A stretch of DNA of 64,000 nt from Alphaproteobacteria bacterium (GCA_964291395.2 OZ219856.1:2016001-2080000), one strand, 5' to 3'. Positions 21,901 through 29,030 are shown, counted from the stretch's first letter. Notes: generated from the sequence alone by a model not told the origin. Numbers and translations are program-made.

Positions 21901-23323
21901 CCGGAACTTCCGGACCCCGAGCCCGCTCATCGAGTGGGACCGTCTGCCCGTGCGGGTGACAGACGAGGCGATGGACTGGCCGTCCGATCCCGACAGGCCG
22001 CGCCGGGCAGGGGTCAGCGCATTCGGAATTTCCGGTGTGAACGCCCATGTCGTGCTGGAGGGATACGGTAGCGCCAACGGCATCGCCTCCAACGCCTCGG
22101 ACGGGCCTTCGTCGGCGGGACCCGCCAGGCGTGTCGCCGTGTCCCTGCCGGAACCGATCGCGGCACCTTCGGACGATAAGGGCGCGCTCACCGCGCGCGC
22201 GGTTCGTCTGTTGCCGCTCTCGGGCAAGTCGGAGGATGCGCTGCGGGCGCTCGCGGGGCGGTATCTCGCTTGGCTCGACGAGCAGGCCGACGGACATTCG
22301 ACCGGGGACGGCGCCCCCGGCCCGCTGCTCTCCGACATGGCCTGGACCGCCGGCGTCGGGCGAAGCCATCTCACGTACCGGGCCGGTGTGGTGTTCGGCG
22401 ATGCCGCTTCGCTGCGGGACAGGCTGATGGCGCTCGCGGCAGCGGCGGAGGTCGCGAAACCGGCGACCGCGGCGAAGGTCGCTTTCGTCTACCCGGGCGA
22501 AGGCGTCGACTGGGCGGGCATGGGCGAAGCGCTCTACGAGAGCGAGCCGGTGATGCGGGCGGTGCTCGACCGTTGCGAGGCGGCGATACGCGACGAGCGG
22601 GGCGAGTCGCTGCTCGACGTGATGTTCGGTCGGACCGGGTCGGCAGGAACCCTCGACGACCCCGCGTGGTCGAAGCCCGCGACCTACGCGATGACATGCG
22701 CGCTCACGGCGCTCTGGTCGAGCGTCGGCATCCGGCCGAGCGTGGCGCTGGGGCACGGCGCGGGGGAGATTGCGGCGGCGCGGGCCGCCAGCGTGTTCGG
22801 CTTGGAGGACGGGTTGCGGCTCGCGGCCGTCCCCGGCGAACCGGAGACGGTGCTGGAAGGCGTCGCGGTCGCACCGCCCTCAATCGGCCTGGTGAGCCGT
22901 GCGGCGGGTCGTCCGGTCGGGCCGAACGACGGCCTGGACGGGGCCTACTGGCGCCGCCAGCCGCAGGAAGTCGCACCGATCGAGCGCTGCGCGGAGACCC
23001 TGGCGGAGCTGGGTGTCGAGGCGGTCATCGAGATCGGCCCGCGGAGCGCAATGGGGCCGGCGCTCGCCCGTGCCTTGCCGGCGTCGTCAAACGGCGCGGG
23101 CGCGCCGGAGCCGATCGAGAGCCTGCGGTGGCCGTCGGAGGACGGGGAAGAACCGGCGGCGCTTCCCGATGGCGGCTTCGCGGACGCGGTGGCCGGGGCC
23201 TATGAGGCGGGTCTTCCGGTTTCCTTCGCGGGCCTCTTCGCGGGCGAGGCCAGGCGCCGGGTCGCGCTTCCCGGCTATCCTTTCCAGCGCCGACGGCACT
23301 GGCTCACGAAGCGGGAACGGTAA
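12974..23323 (+). CDS. supA: SupA-type type I PKS/FAS: KS-AT-DH-MT-ER-KR-ACP-KS-AT(inactive); probable start MTEPRS
   Basis: KS1 DTACSSSL/HGTGT/NIGH; AT1 GHSLG...SPAYHS; DH HRVFGRLIAP; MT LEVGAGTG; ER LIHAGAGGVG; KR TGGLGGIG...GQANHAAAN; ACP GMDSL; KS2 ELNCASSL/HGAGS/NIGH; AT2 GHGAG with an internal deletion. GGGAG RBS before 12974. The domain string matches the sponge ubiquitous PKS family. Confidence 0.9.
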   Translation: MTEPRSPDAYRECNGPGLPTPLAPIAIVGMACRFPGADGLAAFWRMLEAGESGVIEGVPGSGVGRIGELFPDDAGLRPACRFGAYLDDLDLFDAAFFRISPVEAQLLDPQQRMMLETCWRALEDAGMDPDSLNGSRTGVYAGISNNEYRGLILETASPDEPAVSLYSVTGTSFNTAIGRVAFALGLEGPALALDTACSSSLVAIHQAVTGLQRGEADLALAGGVHAILSGRLLAMRANAGMLSPDGRCATFDAAANGYVRGEGCGIVVLKRLAQAEADGDRIWAVIRSTALNQDGASPGLTVPSGPAQEKVIEAALQQAGLEPAEVDYVEAHGTGTEVGDPIEAEATGTAYGRGRTEGQPLLIGSVKTNIGHLEAAAGVAGVIKTVLAMKRGVIPRHLHFQEPSPEIDWERLPLKVTATPTDWPRATDRPPRAGISGFGWSGTNAHVVLEGYGESEGADAEGPEHWTTGLPRSVPVSQPASVLQAAPAAETIVPRGTRFLPLSGRSEGALRELANKYLSWLDERTGDNSAEMLADMAWTAAVGRSHFGHRAGVVFRDADSLRDALRALEEADGTVAPRAAKRVAFAFTGQASQWPGMGEALYASEPVVRAVLDRCDTVLAESRGDSLLDVMFGRPEAAGDLDDPQWKQPAIYALECALVELWASVGVRPDVVVGHSLGEIAAAYTADVFGLEEGLRFAAARGGLIGALPGEGAMAAVFAPESRVAAALEEHNAASGGIGLCIAADNGAHQVISGPTVEIEAILERLEAESVRVARLRKSPAYHSAMVEPALDDLEAALAETAFAPPSIPFVSNLTGRALEAGEAPDAAYWRRQAREPVAFRACVETLAEQGVDAVIEIGPHAVLGPMAEMAWPESAGAAPPAVLSSLQRPARDEEPPPAGSGGGFVEAVAGAYEAGLAVSFPGFFAGEKRRRIALPGYPFQRERYWVEGSRRQRSGTGHPLLGTRHESASGETAFDTEVFPSDPGWLNDHRVFGRLIAPGALYGAMAASATRAEGSEAPVVEDFQMQSALIFPDEDAEEGSAEPGRRMQVLLDDTEDGAFRRVRVLSRGEGEDGWTLHAEGRISTGAAGSPQGASPLDVEGLKSDLSPVNLAAYYRAKSAVGIDLGPSFRTLEALWARAGEAVAEVALPAGRGDTPLDVHPLVLDGCFQTFAAARNPDGGEEGVTYLPFAWERLWLTGSLPERLVCHVRVREGPEGAATDAGNGEMPEVWAADLRLYDPDGALVGELAGFTVKRATRAALLSAVEGIDELLYEVVWQDRALAPGIAPADFLTSPSEISATTNLFPEYLASVDVDAADRAALLADLEQLSEAYALATLDRLGWKRVAGEKVESAELRESLNVGVEHERLFRRMLEMQARAGVLEQAGDGFVVTVASGEPLPEGLVDDPDAWAGEMAVRYAHGTTEIGLFRRSADALADVLQGRMDPLTLLFSSGEPTAADLYLKAPVARAANRLLADAVAALLAELPEGRKLRVLEVGAGTGSATAAVLPELPEGRYDYTYTDISAGFFAEAESRFGGAEAAIDYRVLDIEKDPVEQGFDRHGYDLVIASNVLHATRYLNETLAHCLEVLAPSGQLVALENLRGQGWLDLTFGQLDGWWRFADEYRPHHALATPAVWRQALGDAGFEDIAILGFDESDPNANPDRGVIAAQGPSDVTEAPGAWVVAADRGGVAAELAAELAAQNQMVVLAGAEAGPDVPSVPAGAGIVEAFVETTRRESWKSLLEDLPTDLPLAGIAHLVGLGGHGAQATTEEMAEDARHATASALALTQALMESDLTLSKGLWFVTRGAQVLERERGGQLAGAALWGFGKVAAREAPRLQPRMLDLDPADAELPPDLADEFLHPDAETHIAHRFGRRRGARLIRAAAVADRLTLPEEPGWELEPDAGGSLDAIGVMSMPERRLEQGEVRAAVESFGLNFRDVFIAIGVVDDVMGGEFCGRVLEVGEGVTSVAVGDRVVGMTFRNFGSETVTLEKMIVPAPPGFSVTELATIPTAFVSAALSFELSGLNAGDRVLIHAGAGGVGLAAVQLAQAAGAEVFATASARKRDYLRSLGVKHVSDSRTTAFGQEILDATGGAGVDMVLNSLTGEGFIEASLSCLAHGGRFVEMGRVDILSEDEMAAARPDVTYAILKIDVLKEEEPARAGEILRRVMERLAAGELTPLVHARWPVAEAGSAMKCMQGARHIGKIVFTNSPLARGTLREDRTYLVTGGLGGIGCAVAGWLADRGAGVIVLNGRRPPDPEVAEAIEALRRRGATVQVELADVTESEAVDAMLKRMDADLPPLGGVIHSVGVLSDAAIGNQNWENFEAVLWPKVLGAWHLHRATVGRDLDLFVLFSSVAGVLGNPGQANHAAANAFLDQLAAHRRALGLAGQSIAWGAWSEIGEAEEQRERMTRRSASGGIEWITPQQGLRAFDRLVREDATTGVVLARDWEAFGESLESRPPFLEDLLSDGQDKAADDAPADDLLTRLREAPAATRGEVLAAFLQGEVKAVLRLPTSPSPTVGFFDLGMDSLMAVELRNRLNRAFVGAYTASNTVVFDYPDIAALSAHLVDETAEVVGADAPATTPEPETPPEPATRPAARRDDSTDPDAVAIVGMACRFPGAPDLPAFWNLLDSGADAVADERREAGPWSDFVDNLPTPYAAYGRAGFVDGIDMFDARFFEISPIEARLMDPQQRMLLETTWQALEDAGIDPDRLKGSNTGVYAGIASSEYRDLMKTGDYGIGYLSTAASMAVGRLSYRFGLAGPTMPVELNCASSLVAVHQAVTGLRTREADLALVGGVSAVLSAPVTREMADLGLLSRGGVCRTFDAEADGFVRGEGCGMVVLKRLSDAEADGDRIWAVIRGSAVNQNGASAGATVPNGPAQERVIEQALSRTGFAPSEVDYLEAHGAGSAFGDPIEVQAAAAVYGQDRVEDRPLLIGSVKTNIGHLESAAGVASLIKTVLAMSRGTIPRTRNFRTPSPLIEWDRLPVRVTDEAMDWPSDPDRPRRAGVSAFGISGVNAHVVLEGYGSANGIASNASDGPSSAGPARRVAVSLPEPIAAPSDDKGALTARAVRLLPLSGKSEDALRALAGRYLAWLDEQADGHSTGDGAPGPLLSDMAWTAGVGRSHLTYRAGVVFGDAASLRDRLMALAAAAEVAKPATAAKVAFVYPGEGVDWAGMGEALYESEPVMRAVLDRCEAAIRDERGESLLDVMFGRTGSAGTLDDPAWSKPATYAMTCALTALWSSVGIRPSVALGHGAGEIAAARAASVFGLEDGLRLAAVPGEPETVLEGVAVAPPSIGLVSRAAGRPVGPNDGLDGAYWRRQPQEVAPIERCAETLAELGVEAVIEIGPRSAMGPALARALPASSNGAGAPEPIESLRWPSEDGEEPAALPDGGFADAVAGAYEAGLPVSFAGLFAGEARRRVALPGYPFQRRRHWLTKRER

Positions 23324-23375
23324 GAGGGAAGCGGCTGTCGCTTCGTGACGGTATGCTCATACGCGCGCGGAAATC

Positions 23376-24275
23376 TTAGTAAACGCGGTGCCTCTCAAGG
23401 AACTCCCGGAGCAGCTCGGCACACTCTTCCGGCCTTTCCAACTGCAGCAAATGGGTCGCCTCAGGCAGGAAATCGTAGTCCACGGCGGACACTTGCCCCA
23501 GGTCGAAGGTCGGAAGGTACGCGTTTCTGATCGTCGGATCGCCACCGATGACTTTTGTCGGGCAGTAGAGCAGATCGAGATCCAACAGCGGGAAAAAACT
23601 CCGCCCGTAGTCCATGAGTTGGGCCTCGTATTCGCGAGGGCAGCGTAGTTCGTATTGCTCGTCGCTCGCGGATTGTCGAAGCGTTGTCCGGGCCATGAGT
23701 TCGTGCACGCCGGGAGCAACCCGTGCAAAGGTCGGCAGGATCCCCAGGAACTCGGCAAACGCCTCACGTGTCTTGAAGCGGTAGCCTCGCTTTCGGATCA
23801 TTTCGGCCGCGCGTTCCGCAGCTTCATGAAGCTCTACCTGACTAGCGCCCGGTTTGCACAGCGGCGGATCGAACAGAATCAGTGCCGAGTAACGACTGTA
23901 CAAAGAGAGAAGCGGCATGAGCGTTGCGAGGGAGTGAAAAACGCCCACGATCGGTTTTTCACCGTATTCGCGGGAGATCGCGTCGAGAATGAGATCGTGA
24001 TCGGAGATCAGCGTCGGAATGTTGTGATCCCGCCGGGCTCCGACGTCATTCCAGCCGTGGTTCCTGAGGTCGTAGACCATCAGGTCGAAATCGCCGGCGA
24101 GCAGCGACCAGAACGGATAATAGAGATCGACCGCCAGGCCGTTGCCATGGGTCAGCAGGAGCCGGGGGCCCGATGGATTGCCATGCCGCCGCACCGTGGT
24201 CACGGTGTTCTCGTCGAGCCGGACTTCGCATGTCGAAACGGGCTCGGGTATCGTCCATACTGCTTCTTCCGCCAT
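23376..24275 (-). CDS. supD: Alpha/beta hydrolase, SupD-like (start corrected to MAEEAVW)
   Basis: THGNG oxyanion segment, YDLRNHG, VFHSL nucleophile elbow, THLLQLERP; adjacent to the PKS and the ACP. Confidence 0.8.
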   Translation of the reverse strand: MAEEAVWTIPEPVSTCEVRLDENTVTTVRRHGNPSGPRLLLTHGNGLAVDLYYPFWSLLAGDFDLMVYDLRNHGWNDVGARRDHNIPTLISDHDLILDAISREYGEKPIVGVFHSLATLMPLLSLYSRYSALILFDPPLCKPGASQVELHEAAERAAEMIRKRGYRFKTREAFAEFLGILPTFARVAPGVHELMARTTLRQSASDEQYELRCPREYEAQLMDYGRSFFPLLDLDLLYCPTKVIGGDPTIRNAYLPTFDLGQVSAVDYDFLPEATHLLQLERPEECAELLREFLERHRVY

Positions 24276-24452
24276 GGCGGGGTCCGGTTTCTTCCCGACG
24301 CGGAGCTGGGAACAGGGGCACGGCACTGGCGGGACCGTCGCCCACCCCATGGCGGAAATGCCAACCGCCTCCGGGTTCGGAGGCGGCCGGACTTCGTTCA
24401 CTTCGTATCGGAGACCATATCCCGAATGCGCGCAGGCGTCCCCGAGTTCTCG

Positions 24453-24680
24453 TCAGCCGCGTGCATCGATATGCGCGACAAGATCCTGCAGGGTCTTGAA
24501 TTGCAGGCAGTCGTCCGCGACCAACCCCAGGCCGAACTCCTCGTTGACCGACTTGTAGAACGCTACCGCTTCCACCGAAGAAATCCCGACGTCGCTGAAC
24601 TGAGCGTTGAAATCGGGCTCATGGTCGAGGTCGAAATTATCAGCGATGATTTTGCTGATGCGCTCTTTAGTTGAAGCCAT
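24453..24680 (-). CDS. supB: Stand-alone acyl carrier protein, SupB-like
   Basis: 75 aa, acidic, ACP helix pattern, DVGISSV phosphopantetheine site, EEFG, TLQDLVAHI; GGGAG RBS. Confidence 0.82.
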   Translation of the reverse strand: MASTKERISKIIADNFDLDHEPDFNAQFSDVGISSVEAVAFYKSVNEEFGLGLVADDCLQFKTLQDLVAHIDARG

Positions 24681-24899
24681 AACCGTTCACTCCCTATTCG
24701 ACGGTGATAATGAGGCGCGAGAAGCACGCCAATGCAGGACGCAGGCACGGCGTCACGATACCGAGACAAGGTGCCGCATACCGTGCTCACTTTGGTATGC
24801 GTCTGCGCACTCGGTCAAGCCCTTTCAATTCCGCCGGCCGTCCAGCTTGGCCGAAAAACGTCCGTGCACTAACATTCCAACTCTGGACCACTCAGTGGG

Positions 24900-25108
24900 G
24901 CTGGTCAGTGATCGGTGTGCCGGATGAGACGTGGGGCGAAGCGATTCTCGCCGTGATCGTGGCTCTGCCCCGATCCGATCTTGTCTCCGGCAACGGCGAG
25001 GACGCCCTCATCGCGCATTGCCGACGGTTCATTGGCGGCCACAAGGTGCCTCGCCGGGTCCGCTTCGTCGACGCCTTACCCAAGAGCGCGATTGGGAAGG
25101 GCGCGTGA
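24900..25108 (+). pseudogene. Remnant: C-terminal AMP-binding_C domain of an acyl-CoA synthetase
   Basis: VIGVPDETWGEAILAVIV...LIAHCR..IGGHKVPRRVRFVDALPKSAIGK with no upstream adenylation core. Confidence 0.75.
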
Positions 25109-26724
25109 ACTACGATCTCGACACGCTCCGCGGAGATCTCTTCGGTGGCGTTACGTCAATGGTGGTGGCACTGCCGCTGTCGTTGGGCTTCGGCATAGCG
25201 TCAGGGCTGGGAGCGGCCGCAGGCCTGTACGGCGCGATCGCGGTCGGCTTTTTCGCGGCGGCGTTCGGCGGCACGCGAGCTCAGATTTCCGGCCCTACCG
25301 CGCCAATGACCGTCGCCATGGCGGTCATCGTCACAATTTATTCGACTAACCTCACCGAAGCCCTGACAGTGGTTGTCCTGGCCGGTCTGCTTCAGGTGAC
25401 TCTGGGCCTGTCGAAGGTCGGCCGTTTCGTGGCGTATACGCCACATATGGTCGTGTCCGGATTGATGTCCGGCATCGGCATCGTCATCATCCTCATGCAG
25501 ACCCTGCCGTTCGTCGGGGCGGCCGCTACGATGGGCGGCCCCATGGGCGCGGTCCGGGCGCTGCCGGAGGCCGTGAGCAATATCGACACCGGCGCATTCG
25601 CTATAGCCGCGGTGACGCTTGCCGTCGGTTTTCTCTGGCCGCGCCGGCTGGCGAGACTTGCGCCCGGCCCTCTGGTGGCGCTGATCGCCGGTACGGCCCT
25701 GGGCGTTCTGTGGCTGAACGACGCGCCGGTTATCGGGAAGATCCCGACCGGCCTGCCGAATCTGCAGTGGGATTTGCCGTCTGGCGACTTCCTGCTGTAT
25801 GCGCTGGAACCCGCGCTTATTCTCGCCCTGCTCGGCTCCGTGAACAGCCTCCTGTGCTCTTTGATCACCGACTCGCTGACCGGGAACCGCCACAACCCGG
25901 ATCGGGAGCTGGTCGGTCAGGGCCTCGGCAACATTGTCGCGGGGCTCTTCGGGGCAATGCCCGGCGCCGGTCACGGCGTAAACACCGTGGCCAACGTCCG
26001 CGCCGGCGGGCTGACGCCGATATCGGGCATGTTGTGTGCACTGCTTCTGCTGGGGGCGGTACTGGGCCTTGGCCGGTTCGTCGAGCCAATTCCTCTCGCC
26101 GCTCTCGCCGGCGTCCTGATGAAGGTCGGCTGGGACATCATCGACTGGCGTCTTCTCTCCCGGCTGCACCGCCTCCGGCGCGAACACCTGCTCGTCATGC
26201 TGATGACCCTGGTCCTCACGGTGTTCGTCGATCTGGTCACCGTCGTGGCACTCGGGCTGATCGCCGCGGGGATGGTCCAGGCGCGGCAGCTGGAGCGCCT
26301 GGAGCTTGACAGCGTGGTTTCGGTGCCGCTGCTGGACACGACGTTTTTCGACCAGGGGGAGGAGGAAGACCCCTATGCGGCGCGGGTCGGCCTCGTTGCT
26401 CTCAGGGGGAGCTTCACCGTCGCCTCATCCCATAAGCTGGTGGGTGTGATCGGCGAGGACATCAAGGATCACGAGGTCGTCATCTTTGATTTCTCCGATG
26501 CCACCTATATGGATGACAGCGCCGCCATGGTGATGGAGAGACTCATGGACGTCGCGGACGAGGCACGGACCGGGTTCATCGTGATGGGCCTCTCGGGTTC
26601 AGTCGAGAACACCCTCCACGCGCTCAATATCCTGAAGAAGGTTCCCGAGGATCATGTGGTCGACAAGCTGGACGACGCTCGGCAGGTCGCCAAGAATCTC
26701 CTCGGCCTCGGAGATGATCGGTGA
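25105..26724 (+). CDS. SulP/SLC26 (BicA-like) permease with C-terminal STAS domain (GTG start)
   Basis: GDLFGG...VALP, GLYGA, FGGT..QISGPT, DRELVGQGLGN, IPLAALAGVL, STAS FDFSDATYMDDSA. Confidence 0.92.
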   Translation: MNYDLDTLRGDLFGGVTSMVVALPLSLGFGIASGLGAAAGLYGAIAVGFFAAAFGGTRAQISGPTAPMTVAMAVIVTIYSTNLTEALTVVVLAGLLQVTLGLSKVGRFVAYTPHMVVSGLMSGIGIVIILMQTLPFVGAAATMGGPMGAVRALPEAVSNIDTGAFAIAAVTLAVGFLWPRRLARLAPGPLVALIAGTALGVLWLNDAPVIGKIPTGLPNLQWDLPSGDFLLYALEPALILALLGSVNSLLCSLITDSLTGNRHNPDRELVGQGLGNIVAGLFGAMPGAGHGVNTVANVRAGGLTPISGMLCALLLLGAVLGLGRFVEPIPLAALAGVLMKVGWDIIDWRLLSRLHRLRREHLLVMLMTLVLTVFVDLVTVVALGLIAAGMVQARQLERLELDSVVSVPLLDTTFFDQGEEEDPYAARVGLVALRGSFTVASSHKLVGVIGEDIKDHEVVIFDFSDATYMDDSAAMVMERLMDVADEARTGFIVMGLSGSVENTLHALNILKKVPEDHVVDKLDDARQVAKNLLGLGDDR

Positions 26725-26762
26725 GGAATCAAGTGTTTCCAGATTGATCGTCTCCGATAAAG

Positions 26763-26860
26763 TTATATCTTGAGCAGCTTCTGGGCCGCCTCCGTCGGCG
26801 CACCGTCTCGCGTCACATACATGTAAAGAAGGGACTGCGACACGCCGAGCCGCTGTGCGG
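26763..26860 (-). pseudogene. Remnant HTH resembling a serine resolvase/invertase C-terminus
   Basis: AQRLGVSQSLLYMYVTRDG resembles the Hin-type HTH (A..LGVS.STLY.Y); no catalytic domain upstream. Confidence 0.45.
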
Positions 26861-27163
26861 GCGATCTAATTTGCGGAGCGGCGCTTCGGCGGTGCCCCCG
26901 GCGGGTGTGTGTTGGTCGGCGCGTGCATTGGACGCCGTTCAACAGGCGAGTCCCCAACATTGGGGAAGTGCGGTAGCGCGCAATCCGACTATCCTCACCT
27001 AACGTGCAGAGGTGAGAAAGTAAGCAGGCAAGCCGTAGGCGGCCGCACCGACAGGGACAGGCAGGTTTGCGGCCGGGAATATCGGCAACGCGGCATAAAA
27101 GATGGCTGCCGTTCCAAGACGGACGGCGGGATCATGCCGTTCAGGACTCGAAAGCGGTAAGCG

Positions 27164-27502
27164 ATGGATGTTGCGACGGAACGGAAGAACGACGTCTTAT
27201 CGGTCCTGGTGAGCGGACGCATCGACGGCACCAACGTCATGCAATTCGAAGAGACGGTCAGAACCGTGATCGAGGAGAACGACCACGCCGTGGTCATGGA
27301 CCTTGAGCGACTTTCCTACATCAGCAGTGCGGGCCTTCGCATCCTTCTCCTGATCGCCAAGAGCCTCATGGGCCGGGATGCCAAGCTGGTGCTCTGCGCC
27401 ATGTCGGATCAGATGCGCCAGGTCTTCGAGACAGGCGGTTTCGACAAAATCATCCCAATCCACCCGTCCAGGGCCGAGGCGCTTTCTTCCTTCGGTGCCT
27501 GA
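27164..27502 (+). CDS. STAS-domain anti-sigma factor antagonist (RsbV/SpoIIAA-like)
   Basis: VSGRID, DLERLSYISSAGLRILL with the phosphorylatable Ser, VFETGGFDKIIPI. Confidence 0.93.
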   Translation: MDVATERKNDVLSVLVSGRIDGTNVMQFEETVRTVIEENDHAVVMDLERLSYISSAGLRILLLIAKSLMGRDAKLVLCAMSDQMRQVFETGGFDKIIPIHPSRAEALSSFGA

Positions 27503-28095
27503 GAGCGACCTCGGAGCGCTGCGACCGCGTCCACTGCCGCGCGAGAGCAGGCGCAGGCCTTCCCGTAATCCCGCGCAGATTTCTGCGACGGTTTTCCAGC
27601 GGTTTCCGCTGGTCTTACCGGGCACTTCGGTACGTGCAAGAAAAGCGACACGACCGTTTCTGTCTAAAAGTGGGAACACACGAATTTTTCATGTAACGGC
27701 CTCTCTCGTCGAGCTCGTGGCGGATTGCCGGGCCATAAACTCACCGAGAAGCGGCTGGTGGACCGGCACCGTCCGACACGTGTTACACACCAAGGGAGCC
27801 GATGCCCTGCGCCTGCTCACCCGCAGCGAACGTGAAACAGAATGGCAAATAGTGTTTCGCGACGTGCCACGAAGAAATCCCCGTGGGCAAGTCAACGACC
27901 CACCTATTCAACCATCAGCAGGTTGACGATACCGAAGAAGGCCAACGTGACAACCGCCCCGCGATGCGCAGGCTCCGGCTTTCACACGAGGTATTGTTCG
28001 GCGACCAGCGTCGACCCCACCGGGTCGATTAAAATCAAACGATCCCGCGCTGATCACCATCCAAACCACGCACCGATCAACCACCAGGAAGCGAG

Positions 28096-28704
28096 GTGAA
28101 CAAGATGTCTTCACGAAAAAGAATCGCCGCGGCGTTGTCCCTCGCCGTAGGGATGCTGTTCCCGACCTGCGTCGTCGCCACCGAGGAGAGCGGCAGTTTC
28201 AGCATGGTCCGGGTCCAGGTCCAGGACTACACTGCCTTTGATCACGCCGGGGGGTCGGTCTTCGGAGGCGCCCTCGAAGGTACCAGCACCATTCTCGAGA
28301 GCAGCGGCGGACCGTTCGTGGAAGACGAGCACAGCGTCTCGACGTGCGTGGCCTATGGAAAGAGAGGGCCTGCCGGCATGGATCTAGAGGTACCCTGCGC
28401 GACGACGGATGCCTCGGGAGACAGGTTGGACTCGCTCTCCAAGAGAGTTGCAGGCGGTGTCGAAGCGGGTGGTGGTGGCGAAGGCCGTATGGAGCTTCTG
28501 GGAGGTACCGGCAAATATGCCGGCATCACCGGCAGTTGCAGCTATGAGGTCGGATACCCGGCAGGCAAGTGGCTCGTCCTGATGGCCGACTGCATCTGGC
28601 GCAGGCAACAAAAAGGCAGGCACCCAGAACCAAGCGACAAGCTAAAGCCGGTTCCAGCTCTCTTCCGCCTGCTGGCAGGGGGTCTCGCCGCGGCAGGTCT
28701 CTGA
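28096..28704 (+). CDS. Secreted hypothetical beta-rich protein
   Basis: Signal peptide (RKRIAAALSLAVGMLFPTCVVA), GGTGKYAGITG motif, several Cys. The C-terminal tail after ADCIWRR may be read-through. Confidence 0.6.
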   Translation: MNKMSSRKRIAAALSLAVGMLFPTCVVATEESGSFSMVRVQVQDYTAFDHAGGSVFGGALEGTSTILESSGGPFVEDEHSVSTCVAYGKRGPAGMDLEVPCATTDASGDRLDSLSKRVAGGVEAGGGGEGRMELLGGTGKYAGITGSCSYEVGYPAGKWLVLMADCIWRRQQKGRHPEPSDKLKPVPALFRLLAGGLAAAGL

Positions 28705-28785
28705 CCGCTGGACCAGGACGGCGCGCCGGCAGGCCGAACGCATCTAACCCGATATCACTGAGGATGGCCCGAAGAGTGGGCTGCC

Positions 28786-29030
28786 CCCGTGGGCTTGCCC
28801 GGTCGGGAGAAGTCCAGCCTCACGCCGCTCATCCAGGCCCCCAGGTCGAGCTCCTTGCTGATGAACTCGGGTCCGTTGTCGACCCGGATGGTCCTGGGCA
28901 TGCCATGGACCCTGGTGACCCGTTCCAGCGTCGTCACCACGTCCGAGCCGCGGTAGCTCTGCCGGACGTCGACTGCCGGCGAAAGCCGGCTGAAGGCGTC
29001 GGCAATCATCAGGATGCGGATGCGCCTGCC
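28786..29030 (-). mobile_element. IS3-family transposase (integrase core) internal fragment
   Basis: GRRIRILMIADAFSR...PRTIRVDNGPEFISKELD...LDFSRPGKPT; stops before the third (Glu) catalytic motif; no terminal repeats seen. Confidence 0.88.

Noticed and set aside
12710-22756. Long antisense and alternate-frame ORFs over the PKS (e.g. 14381-17656, 20873-22756, 13210-15252)
   Set aside because: Shadow ORFs expected in high-GC coding DNA; no recognisable motifs; fully overlap a clear gene.
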